From positions 306,769-338,768 of the forward strand of contig DXJG01000009.1 in assembly GCA_019056805.1 (NCBI GenBank): a DNA stretch of 32,000 bases, written 5' to 3'. The notes beneath the pieces are model-generated. The model saw only the letters and a list, made by a program, of their open reading frames with translations. It was not told the DNA's origin and ran no database searches. The stretch's first letter is position 1. Every line of letters starts with the position of its first letter. The translations under genes and the position numbers were made by a program. Below, piece by piece: positions 6,745 to 17,942 of this stretch. Origin of the DNA: Candidatus Baldrarchaeota archaeon (GTDB lineage: Archaea > Asgardarchaeota > Baldrarchaeia > Baldrarchaeales > DXJG01).

Positions 6745-9700
6745 TTGAAAGAGGAAACAGAGGTAGCGGTTATAAGTACATCGCCCTCAACGAAATGCGG
6801 TATAGGAATTTACACAGAGAACCTTTACAGCGCACTACCCAAAGAGAAAAGAGACAAAATAGTTATACTATCCAATGATTTTTACCAAGGAAATGTAAAA
6901 TATGAAAGAGTCTGGAAAAAGGGTCTAGATTTTCTTTCACCATTTAAAATTCTTCATAGAATATTTAAGAAAAACTGTAGAGTTGTGCATCTTCAACACG
7001 AATGGTTAATTTTCGGTTCACTACCTGCAAATCTTATCTATGCCTTCATGCTATATTTTCTTAAACTTCTTGGTAAAAAAACTCTTGTGACTTTCCATAC
7101 AATATTTGATCTTAATCGTTTAACAGAAGATACGTTAAAGACTTTTAACATAGCGTATCCACTAAAGCTTGTTAAAACCGTTATAAAAATTCTAACAAAA
7201 CTTTATGCAGAAGCAAGCACCGCCATAATAGTACATAATGAACACATGAAAAAAACTTTAGTAAAGCTGTACAAAGTTTCACCCAATAAAGTTGTAGTAA
7301 TTCCACACTTCGTTAAGAAATTACCTAAAGTAAGGCGGGACGAGGCAAAGAAAAAGCTAGGCCTTCAAGGTAAAACGATTACTCTTCTTTTTGGATTAAT
7401 AAGAAAGGGAAAAGGTTATGAATATGTTATAAAAGCTTTTCAAAAGGTCAAAGAAAAAAATCCAAATAGCATTCTTCTAATAGTCGGGGCAGTACAAACG
7501 GGAGAATTATATTGGGGAGAACAGTATTTAAAGAAATTAAAACAACTTGTTAAAAAACTTGAATTAGAAAATTATGTAAGATTTTTAACGAGATATGTTC
7601 CAGATGAAGAAGTTCCCATCTTTCTCAGCGCTGCAGACTTATTAGTACTGCCATATGAAAAAGGGAAATCCTACTATTCAGCTAGTGGAATATTGCATCT
7701 TGCGATGAATTTTGGAACTCCTGTAATTGCAGCAAAAACCTTACAATTTTCCGAAATAATTGATGAAGAAAATGGAAAACTAGTGGAACCAGAAAATATC
7801 GAAAATCTTGCAAATACGATAATAGAATTGTTGGAAGACAGGAAAAGACGGTTAAGGTATTCGGAAAATCTTAGAAAACTTGCAAAAGAAAGGACAGTCG
7901 AAAAATGTGCAGAGAAACACTGGAAACTTTACCAAAAACTAATCAAATATGAAAAGATAGAATACGAGAGCAAAATTGCTCAAATTTTACCTCATATACT
8001 GGTTTTATTACCTATTCTACTTATGATATTAAACCTTGATATAATAAATACTGGAAATGATACTTTTACGCATTTATATAAGGCGTGGATACTTAGACAA
8101 CAAATAAAAACTATGCCCATATGGCTTTGGGGCCAATGGGACTGGACATGGTATCTTGGCAATCCGTTTTTAAGAAGCTATTCACCCCTCTTCTACTATG
8201 TCCTTGCAACCCTAAGTTTAGTAGCACCATTCTGGTTAACAGCAAAAATCTTGTTAAGCGTAATAACACCCTTAGCCTATATATCCACCTATAAAGCTCT
8301 GAAATACTTTACTAAAAATAAAATAGTTTCAATAGTTTTTGCTACAGTCTATATATATTCACCAGCTCACATAGTACCTTTTTATCTTTGGGGATCTGTA
8401 GGTCAAGCTCTAACAACCATAATAATACCACAATATCTTATACAACTTCACAAAGCCGTTCAAACAAACAAAAACAGAAATGCGCTTACAACCGCGTTAA
8501 TGCTAGCTTCAATAATACTCTTAAATATGGCTGTTGGTTTTTGGATGACACTTTTAACATCAATATGGATTCTCTCAAAGAAACAATTGATGAACCTCTT
8601 GAAAATCGGTGTATGTTCAGCGTCTCTCACCGCATCTTTTCTCTATGCCTATCTGACTGCAGAAGGCATCATGTTACCAGTGCTCACCCCCTTATCTCAA
8701 GTTGAACATTTAGTGGAATGGCTAAGAAATTCTTATGGAATATCAATTTTACAAGTTGAATTAACTATTATAGCCTATATAGCAGTAGTATTTACATATC
8801 TTAAGTTTAGAGGAAGGGAAATAGAGAAAGTTGAGAAGCCGCACTGGGAGAAATCTTTTGAAATCATGGTGGCAGTAATTGTGATAACTTTAGTTTTTTC
8901 TACTCTTCAAATATATCCCTTCTCAATAATAGGAGGAGATAGAGTTCTCACGACCTCCGGTTTTGTAGTAGTTTTCATAGGAGCATACTATATTTCGAAG
9001 ATAAAGAATCTTCGTGTTCTCAAAATTTTTGCCGTAATGCTTATAGTCATAACGTTGCTCACAGGAATTCTTTATCAACCATATAATCCTGTACATCCTG
9101 GAACCTATAATGAGTTATATCAAACGATAAAAGAGGATCCTGAATGGTTTAGAGTACTTTTCTTACCACGAGAGCCATGGGGAGCACTTACCCCACTATA
9201 TACTAACCATCCTACACTAAATGGCTGGTACCCTCAATGCCTCCCACCAGAAGTATTTAACACCCTTGGAAGCTTGATAACCTACGATAAATACGCCTAC
9301 CTAGAGAGAAACCTAACAGTGGAACCGGAAAACACTATAAATCTTATACGTTACTTGGGAGTGAAATATATCATAGTTGACGGAAAAGACCCAGTATTTC
9401 CCGAGTTAACTCAAAAAATACTCAAATCAATGCTCAGAACCGCGAATAGAACAAACCAAGTAACTTTACTAGAAAATTACACACATAGATATCTTTTCAG
9501 AATAGAAAACTTTACACCAGTCCACGCTCTAACCTACGTGCCCAAGAATAGAGAACAAATCCCGTGGAACACAGAAAAAATCAACAAAATACAAGTAATT
9601 CAGAAAACAGATATATTAGAAATTCGCATTCAATTACCCCAAGATTACTGGATAGTCATACCAATAACATACGACAAAAACTTAAAAATAACGTTGGACA

Positions 9701-9921
9701 ATCGATCAGTACAAGTGGAAACCGCCTACCCTCAAATAATTGCGATAAAAACACCAAAAGGGGATCATATCATACGAATACAAATAACTACAACAACGAA
9801 TAGTAAGCTAACATTGATTATAACATTTACATCATGGATGATAACAGTAGCTTATATGATTATTCAACAATTATTTAATGTAACAAAAAGGAAAAAGCAT
9901 TTAAATTTCAACGAAAACTAG
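6745..9921 (+). CDS. Fusion of GT4 glycosyltransferase and multi-pass GT-C/YfhO-like membrane protein, 1058 aa
   Basis: Residues 1 to about 405 are GT4 (CGIGIYT, VHLQHEW, FGLIRKGKG, SGILHLAMNFGTPVI). The remainder has GNDTFTH, WDWTWYLGNPFLRSYSPLFYY, about 12 TM helices, an extracellular domain and a final TM helix. TTG start. Confidence 0.85.
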   Translation: MKEETEVAVISTSPSTKCGIGIYTENLYSALPKEKRDKIVILSNDFYQGNVKYERVWKKGLDFLSPFKILHRIFKKNCRVVHLQHEWLIFGSLPANLIYAFMLYFLKLLGKKTLVTFHTIFDLNRLTEDTLKTFNIAYPLKLVKTVIKILTKLYAEASTAIIVHNEHMKKTLVKLYKVSPNKVVVIPHFVKKLPKVRRDEAKKKLGLQGKTITLLFGLIRKGKGYEYVIKAFQKVKEKNPNSILLIVGAVQTGELYWGEQYLKKLKQLVKKLELENYVRFLTRYVPDEEVPIFLSAADLLVLPYEKGKSYYSASGILHLAMNFGTPVIAAKTLQFSEIIDEENGKLVEPENIENLANTIIELLEDRKRRLRYSENLRKLAKERTVEKCAEKHWKLYQKLIKYEKIEYESKIAQILPHILVLLPILLMILNLDIINTGNDTFTHLYKAWILRQQIKTMPIWLWGQWDWTWYLGNPFLRSYSPLFYYVLATLSLVAPFWLTAKILLSVITPLAYISTYKALKYFTKNKIVSIVFATVYIYSPAHIVPFYLWGSVGQALTTIIIPQYLIQLHKAVQTNKNRNALTTALMLASIILLNMAVGFWMTLLTSIWILSKKQLMNLLKIGVCSASLTASFLYAYLTAEGIMLPVLTPLSQVEHLVEWLRNSYGISILQVELTIIAYIAVVFTYLKFRGREIEKVEKPHWEKSFEIMVAVIVITLVFSTLQIYPFSIIGGDRVLTTSGFVVVFIGAYYISKIKNLRVLKIFAVMLIVITLLTGILYQPYNPVHPGTYNELYQTIKEDPEWFRVLFLPREPWGALTPLYTNHPTLNGWYPQCLPPEVFNTLGSLITYDKYAYLERNLTVEPENTINLIRYLGVKYIIVDGKDPVFPELTQKILKSMLRTANRTNQVTLLENYTHRYLFRIENFTPVHALTYVPKNREQIPWNTEKINKIQVIQKTDILEIRIQLPQDYWIVIPITYDKNLKITLDNRSVQVETAYPQIIAIKTPKGDHIIRIQITTTTNSKLTLIITFTSWMITVAYMIIQQLFNVTKRKKHLNFNEN

Positions 9922-10051
9922 AAAGGCTTATCATTAAATGGTCTCGGAGAGTTACATTTTGAGATAAAGAGATAATAACTAAAAGTATCAACAAAAATTT
10001 ATCAAAAGATAACCATTAGAAACATATCTATTTCAGGAGGAAAAGTCGGAG

Positions 10052-12250
10052 TTGAATATAAAAAGTAAGATAAAAAAGATGTTTTCTCATAAAATTTTGG
10101 AAAATGTCTTAGTCGTCTTTTTGTTTTCTTTAACAATAATATTTTTAGTTGTTGCAATATGGGAAATGGAGCCTTTCTATAACTACAGTACGGAGAATGA
10201 AGCAATTTTCATATTAACTCGAACAGTTTTGAAAATTCACGAAACCATATTTCAATTTTCACAAGACCTTTACATAATATACGCATATATTTGGATCGTT
10301 TTTGCAATTACCCGTTATTTAGTTGGAGCTAAAAATAAGCAAAAGATGGATGAAGATGAAGTAGAAGATATAAAGATAGAACAGAAGAATTGGAAAATAT
10401 ACATATTACATCTGTTCCTATTAACAGCCATAACTTTGATCGTATTTATGTATCGTTACATGGTTTTGTGGGTTCCACAAGGATTTGACACAGCTTGGTA
10501 TACCTATATACTTAAGAAAATGCAACAAGATCCAATGCAAATATTAAAGAGATACTGGAACAGGTCGCTAGCACTTCTAATAATGTTCAGTATAACTTTA
10601 GTTTTTAGAATGACACCAGAAAATCTGATGGTGCTTTTAACACCATTAATAGGAATTTTATATGTAATTGGCGTATATTTCCTAGTTTTAACTGGAACAA
10701 AAAATAGACTATTGTCGCTTCTTGCTGCACTATATGCTCCATTAACTTATGCGACAATAAGGTTATCCTTAGATTTATATTCAAACTATATAGCATGGAC
10801 TTTAACAATGTATGCGCTCTCACTATATATTAGGACAATAGATCTGACAAAAATACAGATAAAATATATTGTGGTAACTTCAACGCTTTTGATGGGTGTT
10901 GCATTGACACATGTATGGGCATTTATGTTTGTAACAGCAGTCATATTCGTATACAATTTGCTAGAAATTACAATAGATAAGAGTTTTGGAAAAAATCTTC
11001 AAAAGACACTTATTATTTACGCTCCTACCATCATTTTTGTAGCATATAAACCTAGATTAATACTAGGAACACTTAAGATGCTTCGTTTATTTTTGGCACC
11101 AGATAAATGGGAATATACTTCACAAGAAAATCCCTACATACTTATATTAGCTATTATTGGAATAATTACGCTCATGAATCAAAAACAAACTTCCTATACA
11201 AAATTACTGATCTCATGGTTAATAGTAACATCCACAACAATGATAACCGCCCTATACTATTGGCCTTATAGATTAATGTGCCTGATGCCCATCGCAATTC
11301 TAGCAGCTCACGGAACACAAACAATAATCCGCAAAATTAAAACATACTTAAATATAAAATCGATAGAAAATGTGGTTTTTCCTTTACTAATATTCTTGGT
11401 ATGTTTTACAGCAATGTTGCCACATGCATATATTCCTGATCATGTATTTAGACCCCCAGATGATGTAATGCAACAATTATACTGGATAGAACAACACTAT
11501 GGCTTTGAAAATCGCAATATAATAGTGTGTATAGATATTTGCCCACCTTCCATAAGCGGGGAGGGTTACAGCAATTATTATAAGTGGGCAATAGCGACAG
11601 TGGGGAATATCGTGTATGATGCTCCGCTTCTACATTTGCTTCAAAATCTACCCGATGAGCATAATATAAGATACAAAGGTATTGCAGAGAAAATAATAGT
11701 GATACCAGATAAATTATACCAGATGAGCCCACTAGAGTATCAAATTACTGAAAAAATTTCGGAACTGGGAATATATAGAGTGAAAGTTAAAGATTTAACG
11801 CAAATAGGGCAAGTAATAAAAAATAGTAGCATATGGATGGAGGATAGCTTTAGGCTAGAAGAATGGAAGGTAATATCTGGTTATATAGACTTTAAACATC
11901 AAATATTGAGTGTAAGTGGTGTGTTGAATATATCATTAACCCCATTATATCCAAACAAATGTCTTACTATAGAGAGGTGGCTTTCGGAACCATTATATCA
12001 AACAAGATACTTAATAATGAAGGTACAGGGAGAAGTAGATTCTTTAGATTTTATCGTTGAGGTGTGGTCAGATACACAGTGGTTAGCAGGGGTAAACTTT
12101 AAAAAATATTTGTCATCGACAAAATATACATATCTTGTAGTAAAACTCTCACCAGACATGCCTATATGGAGAATAAGAATAGCCTTCCAAAATCAAAATA
12201 TAATCAGCACAGAAAGCCACGTTCAAATAGATTACATAGCTTTAATCTAA
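10052..12250 (+). CDS. Multi-pass membrane protein, GT-C-like, with C-terminal soluble beta-rich domain
   Basis: Loop motif PQGFDTAWY after early TM helices, about 12 TM segments and a C-terminal extracellular domain. Start could be ATG at 10080. Confidence 0.65.
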   Translation: MNIKSKIKKMFSHKILENVLVVFLFSLTIIFLVVAIWEMEPFYNYSTENEAIFILTRTVLKIHETIFQFSQDLYIIYAYIWIVFAITRYLVGAKNKQKMDEDEVEDIKIEQKNWKIYILHLFLLTAITLIVFMYRYMVLWVPQGFDTAWYTYILKKMQQDPMQILKRYWNRSLALLIMFSITLVFRMTPENLMVLLTPLIGILYVIGVYFLVLTGTKNRLLSLLAALYAPLTYATIRLSLDLYSNYIAWTLTMYALSLYIRTIDLTKIQIKYIVVTSTLLMGVALTHVWAFMFVTAVIFVYNLLEITIDKSFGKNLQKTLIIYAPTIIFVAYKPRLILGTLKMLRLFLAPDKWEYTSQENPYILILAIIGIITLMNQKQTSYTKLLISWLIVTSTTMITALYYWPYRLMCLMPIAILAAHGTQTIIRKIKTYLNIKSIENVVFPLLIFLVCFTAMLPHAYIPDHVFRPPDDVMQQLYWIEQHYGFENRNIIVCIDICPPSISGEGYSNYYKWAIATVGNIVYDAPLLHLLQNLPDEHNIRYKGIAEKIIVIPDKLYQMSPLEYQITEKISELGIYRVKVKDLTQIGQVIKNSSIWMEDSFRLEEWKVISGYIDFKHQILSVSGVLNISLTPLYPNKCLTIERWLSEPLYQTRYLIMKVQGEVDSLDFIVEVWSDTQWLAGVNFKKYLSSTKYTYLVVKLSPDMPIWRIRIAFQNQNIISTESHVQIDYIALI

Positions 12251-12944
12251 AATCTTAATTAACGCCAAATTACATATTTGCATATTTTCTCTCCAAAAAC
12301 TATTATTTGGTCTTAAATATTGCTTTGAAACTAAAAGCTAACGGGCGAATATAATGTAAATTTTTTCTAACAATGCTATAACTGGAAATAGTTAACAAAA
12401 ATGCAACTTCTAATTTGCTTAGTAACATACTGTAAATGTATTATTTTTCTTGTCGAATTCATTTTTCTCAAAAATTATACCTCTTAACATACTCATCTTA
12501 ATATTAAGAAAAAAATACATTGATAAATAGCACATATGAATGTAGCATTGTATATTTTGAATTGCTGGGATAAAAGAAGAGGAATAGAAACTTTTATTAA
12601 TCATAACTTATTGTTTTGGCAATTGTAGCTTACTGTGTAGCGGAGTGTTTTTTATTGATTGAATTTGCTTGCAGTTTTTTCTAACGTAGAGTCTCTAATC
12701 TTAATAGTAATTCTCTTCCCAAATGGAAATATACTAATATCGTGTGAAAGTGACATCAAGAAGGAAGTACATGTTTTTTGATTTTTGTTTTGTCTACTTT
12801 TATCTGTAGTGTCCTTTGGTTATCGTTATTTTGTATTTTCGTCTCCACACGGATGAGGCATGTCAATATACATTTACTATCCTGGGGGAATTTCAAAGAA
12901 TTCTAGGTTCCTTTTTATTTACGAATTGTGTACATCATCAAAAA

Positions 12945-13862
12945 TTACGTACTATTCTTTGTATTCGTTTTCTTAGTGATCGTATAAAGTATAAGAGCAG
13001 TAAACATTGCAAACACGCCGACAATAATAGATGTTATAGCCAACAACATAGTTCCTAATGCCAATTGTCTTATCTGAAAATACCTATAGATAACATAAAA
13101 TAGTATAAAAAATCCTCCAATAAACGCGATTAAACCGGGAGCACCGACCATTAATAAGGGTCTTTTTTCTGCAATATAATTTAGAATTGTAGCTAAAACT
13201 TCAAAACCGTGTTTAAAAGGGTTTCTTTTTACTCTTATACCTTTATACCTACATGTAATGGGTACTTCTTTAATTCTTAAACCTTTAGCTTTTAGTATAA
13301 TTTCAGTATCAACTCCAATACCGTCTGTTGAAATTTCTATTTGCTCTAATGCTTTTCTAGAATAAGCTCTAAATCCGCTTTGTGTATCAGTAACATTGAC
13401 ATTACCAGCAGTATTAGTGAGTTTACTCAGAAATTTATTTCCTATTTTTCTATGCAAAGGTATTTCATCGTTAATATCACCTAAAAAACGAGAACCATTA
13501 ACAATATCCACCTCACCCGTCAATATTGGCTTAATCAATCTTGGAATATCATTCGGATCATGCTGATTATCAGCATCTAACGTAACAACAACATCTGCAC
13601 CCAATTCTAGCGCTTTTCTAAAAAGACTACGCAACGCAGCACCCTTGCCCATGTTTTTTTCATGTCTAATAACTATCGCTCCCAATCTTTCAGCAATTTC
13701 TCCGGTCAAATCTTGTGATCCATCATCACAAACCAGAACTTTATCAACATATTTCTGTGATAATAATATTATTTTTCCGATAGTATATTCTTCGTTGTAA
13801 GCTGGAATTGCAGCAACAATGAACACTTTACCTTTAAACGGGGTTTTATTTTCGACCTGCAT
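12945..13862 (-). CDS. GT2 glycosyltransferase (DPM1-like) with two C-terminal TM helices
   Basis: AIPAYNEE, VCDDGSQD, GKGAAL, TLDADNQHDPNDIP, IVNGSRF and DTQSGFRA motifs. AGGTG RBS supports ATG at 13862 (track start 13898). Confidence 0.9.
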   Translation of the reverse strand: MQVENKTPFKGKVFIVAAIPAYNEEYTIGKIILLSQKYVDKVLVCDDGSQDLTGEIAERLGAIVIRHEKNMGKGAALRSLFRKALELGADVVVTLDADNQHDPNDIPRLIKPILTGEVDIVNGSRFLGDINDEIPLHRKIGNKFLSKLTNTAGNVNVTDTQSGFRAYSRKALEQIEISTDGIGVDTEIILKAKGLRIKEVPITCRYKGIRVKRNPFKHGFEVLATILNYIAEKRPLLMVGAPGLIAFIGGFFILFYVIYRYFQIRQLALGTMLLAITSIIVGVFAMFTALILYTITKKTNTKNST

Positions 13863-14437
13863 ATTATTGGCACCTAAATTGCTGAACTTTTTCTTCATCT
13901 CGCTAAATCATCTTACTTTTGTACCCTACTTATTATAGTTGTCTTTAGAATATGATGAAGGTACTAATTAATGAATTAATGAAGTGTCACATTTAATAAT
14001 TTCGAATTGGTATAAATATAAGGAGTTACCGGATCAGTTCTTATGTTTAATGAAGCGAGAAAAGTGAACATGTTACAGAAAACATCCAAGTTTTTAAAGA
14101 GAAATCATCTGTAAATCTCCAGTTTCAAACTATAAAAAAGAACATTCTCCTATTGGCGTTATACGTCCAAGAGAAGTATATATCAAGTATAACATAAACT
14201 ATATTTTAACCACCCATTAACTCAATAATTTTTATGTAAAAATGTATTCTCAATTAACAATTCATAAACATCTACATCTTTAGCTTTTATTCCATAAAAG
14301 GCTTGCCAATGTTTACTTCATAATTTAATATCCAATGTTGATTTTCTGATAATCCAAAGTGTTAAATAGAACAATTATTCAATCTGTATATTTGCTGAAT
14401 TAATCTGAAAAACAATATATTAGAGAAAATGTAAACT

Positions 14438-16666
14438 ATGGATAAACATACAGAAAGGGGAAAGTCAATGATGGAAATCCTAATTACACTTTTTAGATTA
14501 ATAAGCTGGTCTATCTTTATCTGGTGGTTACCAGGATATCTTATAAGAAAAACAATATCTTACTTGATAACTAATAAGGACATACTACATGAAACTATAA
14601 AAGAAAAAACTATATTATTTCTCATAGACTTAGGCTTAGGTCTTAATTACCTTACTTTACTGGGATATTTAATAGATATTATCTTTTTCTTTTGTTTTTC
14701 GATAATTTTTTTAGCTAATTTAATCGTTATAATTTCACTTTCACTCTTTCTTTTGATTAAATTTAAAATAAATATTTCTAAAATATGTTTAAAAAGATTT
14801 TTTTCGTTACCAGACATTAAAAGAATATTATCTCCCCTTTTCCCAATAGGTATCTTTATTTTTCTTGTTTTCGTTAACTGGTACGCTAATCTTTTTAGCC
14901 CATTTATATATCCTTCGGATCCGCTTTATTGGCTTTTTCATAGTAGATTTCTACTTTTTAATGGTGAATTATATTATATTTTTTACGAAGCATCGAGAGG
15001 GTTTTCTTTAAAATACCCCTTGGGTATTGTGTATCTTCTTTCTATGTTAGCGATAGTCGATCCGATACTTTCGTATGATTTAGTTAAACTTCTTCCTATC
15101 ATATTTGGATCGTTATCTTTAGCCTCGGTTTATTTTACGATAAAATTACTAACCAAAAAAGTATATCCTGCATTAGTTAGTATGATATTTGTTGGAAGCA
15201 ATTATGTTTGGATTTGGTTTTCTAGATTATACGTAGCTCATAGAATAGTGGAATTTTTAGTGCCTATATCCTGGCTTTTTGTTGCTATTATTTTTGATGA
15301 TTCGGTAACTAAATTAGATTCACATAAAACAAGAAATCAATCTCAACGAGGTTTTGTAATATTTTTGTCAGCTATATTGAGTACTATCCTTATCTATCAT
15401 CCAATATTGTTTGTCTTAACAATATTACCTATACTAGTTGTTCAATTATTAGATGTGAAAGAAATTAAGGAAAGTATTTTTGTAAGACTTAAATTTTTTA
15501 TATTGATAATTAGTTATATAATTATCTTCACATTACCCTATTTTTTCTCACTTATAATTTACATATATAGTATATGGAAACATAGGAACCTGTTTGTATT
15601 AGGACTATTACTAACAAGTAAGGCTAACATAAGATGGCTTTTTCCCACACAAGATTTATTGCGTTATATTCTGATACCATTTAGTTCGTGGAATAATTTA
15701 CCTCTAGTGTACTTCATGATCTCTCTATCAATTATTGTAAAAGCACGACAGAAAATTGACAGAAAAATCTCTATTTTTGTTAAAATAAACCTTTTCGCAG
15801 TTCTTTTGTACTATATGTACTATATTTCACCCATAATTGGAGGATATAATTCGAATCTTGATAAATTCCTTTCTATTATCCATCTTAGTGTATACCTACC
15901 AACGAGAATGACGTTACATATGACGATACCTATAACAAACTATATAGCGATAGGTATTTATATCCTGCAGAAAAACTTAGAAAATCAATTGACCCACCTA
16001 AAATCTGGAAATACCCTTCATTTAATTAGATCTATAATAACATCTTTCCATAATAATTGGTATAAAGTAGCTCGAGTGATTATGATAACACTAATACTTA
16101 CCTCGGGCTTTTTGATTCAAATCAACTGGACTATTAAAAAATTTGAGAGCGTCACATTTAGTGGCGGTGTTCGGTTAGATACCATTGAATTTATAAGGTA
16201 CATAGATGAAAACATACCCACGAATTCTGTAATCTTAGCAGATGAAGGTGACTCATACATCCTATGGAAGAATATATCATTAATAACAAAAACAAAGCAA
16301 TTAGGATTCTCAAATCCGCTAACATATGATTATCTTCTATGGTTCTTGATCAGAAGAGAGAACCGTATTAATGGTATTGAGTATGTAGGTCAAATATGGT
16401 ACGTACAACACGCGATTTATCCACGCATCATTATAGGGTATGAAAGCCTTTTCAGATTAAGTATTAACAATGTTTCATTGGTTATATCATTTTTAAGGAA
16501 CATTACAGATATTGATTACTTAGTTTTCTTCTTTCCAAACAAGTATAACCTACTCGTCAAAGAATTATCTCATATGTACGAGATAATGTATAGCTCCCCT
16601 ACAGGTTCAATAATAATGTTTGATTTACACTACAATAAGGTTAAAAGTAATGAAGAGATGTTCTAA
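14438..16666 (+). CDS. Multi-pass membrane protein, GT-C-like (possible glycan polymerase/transferase)
   Basis: About 14 hydrophobic segments, loop motifs PSDPLYW and KYPLG, and a soluble C-terminal domain. Located in the glycan cluster. No specific family recognised. Confidence 0.55.
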   Translation: MDKHTERGKSMMEILITLFRLISWSIFIWWLPGYLIRKTISYLITNKDILHETIKEKTILFLIDLGLGLNYLTLLGYLIDIIFFFCFSIIFLANLIVIISLSLFLLIKFKINISKICLKRFFSLPDIKRILSPLFPIGIFIFLVFVNWYANLFSPFIYPSDPLYWLFHSRFLLFNGELYYIFYEASRGFSLKYPLGIVYLLSMLAIVDPILSYDLVKLLPIIFGSLSLASVYFTIKLLTKKVYPALVSMIFVGSNYVWIWFSRLYVAHRIVEFLVPISWLFVAIIFDDSVTKLDSHKTRNQSQRGFVIFLSAILSTILIYHPILFVLTILPILVVQLLDVKEIKESIFVRLKFFILIISYIIIFTLPYFFSLIIYIYSIWKHRNLFVLGLLLTSKANIRWLFPTQDLLRYILIPFSSWNNLPLVYFMISLSIIVKARQKIDRKISIFVKINLFAVLLYYMYYISPIIGGYNSNLDKFLSIIHLSVYLPTRMTLHMTIPITNYIAIGIYILQKNLENQLTHLKSGNTLHLIRSIITSFHNNWYKVARVIMITLILTSGFLIQINWTIKKFESVTFSGGVRLDTIEFIRYIDENIPTNSVILADEGDSYILWKNISLITKTKQLGFSNPLTYDYLLWFLIRRENRINGIEYVGQIWYVQHAIYPRIIIGYESLFRLSINNVSLVISFLRNITDIDYLVFFFPNKYNLLVKELSHMYEIMYSSPTGSIIMFDLHYNKVKSNEEMF

Positions 16667-16676
16667 TAGCTAAACA

Positions 16677-17942
16677 TTGGATGGTGAAAAAGTGATTACT
16701 ATTCTGATTATATCACCATCGGACTTTCCAGGTGTTACCGGCGATTTCACCAATTATTACGAATTAATAAAAGCGATAGTAAAAATGGGACATCGTGTAA
16801 TTCTAATCTGTCCCAAAAAAGAAAATTCTGAAAAGTTTGACCGCGAAAGTTTACGGCAAGGCATTATCATAAAAAGAATACCATACCGTCCACCACGTTT
16901 GTACGAATTTTCAAAGTTTAGAGGAAAGAATTTACTTGGTATTGTATCTATCCTAGTACGGCTCGTAGTATATCTCTTTATTGAACTTATTTATACACTA
17001 CTCTTATATATACAATATAAACGTATTGCGACTGAAAAAGCATATTTAGTAAGATATCATGTATTGACATTACCTCTAATATTTCTTCTTTCATTCATAG
17101 ATAAAAATAACATAGTAGTAGATGTATACGGGTTAATGGCGCATGATCTTTCTTCATTTCCAAGAAGAATTAGAAAATTCCTTCTAATTATAGAATTAGG
17201 CCTTATATCAAGATTTAAAAAGATAAGAATTTTAAATCCGCGTATAATGAACTTATTAAATATTGGAGAAAAAGGCGAGAAGAAGAAAATTCTACTATCA
17301 TATGTAGGGGTGAATATCGAAGATTTTCCCAAGGTTCGTAGTATTGATACTATCGAAAACTTTACATTCTGTTTCTATGGTGCATTAGAAAAATGGCAAG
17401 GTATCGATTTTGCTTTGATGGTTTTTTCGGAGATCGTAAAAACATATAAAAATGCTACCTTTTATATAATAGGGAGGGGTAGCCTAAAAGAATACCTAAT
17501 AAAAAAAGTAAAACAATTAGGGATAGAACATAATGTCATGTTTGTTTCTCCCGTTCCTCGAGAAAAGTTATTACAGGATTGGTTTAATAAGTTTCGTTTT
17601 GTTTTTTTGCTACGTCCTCCAGAGTTTTCATCAAGTATGATACCAGTGAAGTTAGTTGAGTCATTAATTGCAGGTAAGATTGTAATTAGAACACCATTTA
17701 ATACAATATTCGATGTTATTTTAGATAAATGTACTATTACAGTAAATTATGGAAAAGTTAACGAAACAAAATATAAGATTTTAAGACTTTTAAATAATGA
17801 AGAAAAACAAATTGAAATATCTAAAAAAGCTATGCAATGTGCACGATTCTTCGATACTAAAAAACTCGCTAAAGAATTAATTTCTTTCGTTAGAGATGTA
17901 CAAGTGATTAAACCCGATATGAGTGAGGTGGTAACTCTATGA
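16677..17942 (+). CDS. GT4 glycosyltransferase
   Basis: FYGALEKWQGID, IIGRGSL and PVKLVESLIAGK motifs. TTG start. Confidence 0.85.
   Translation: MDGEKVITILIISPSDFPGVTGDFTNYYELIKAIVKMGHRVILICPKKENSEKFDRESLRQGIIIKRIPYRPPRLYEFSKFRGKNLLGIVSILVRLVVYLFIELIYTLLLYIQYKRIATEKAYLVRYHVLTLPLIFLLSFIDKNNIVVDVYGLMAHDLSSFPRRIRKFLLIIELGLISRFKKIRILNPRIMNLLNIGEKGEKKKILLSYVGVNIEDFPKVRSIDTIENFTFCFYGALEKWQGIDFALMVFSEIVKTYKNATFYIIGRGSLKEYLIKKVKQLGIEHNVMFVSPVPREKLLQDWFNKFRFVFLLRPPEFSSSMIPVKLVESLIAGKIVIRTPFNTIFDVILDKCTITVNYGKVNETKYKILRLLNNEEKQIEISKKAMQCARFFDTKKLAKELISFVRDVQVIKPDMSEVVTL

Noticed and set aside
12251-12944. About 700-bp AT-rich gap with short ORFs
   Set aside because: No repeats, stable structure or recognisable protein motifs were found by eye.
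13899-14437. About 540-bp divergent intergenic region with short open stretches
   Set aside because: Consistent with promoters plus decayed sequence; nothing identifiable.
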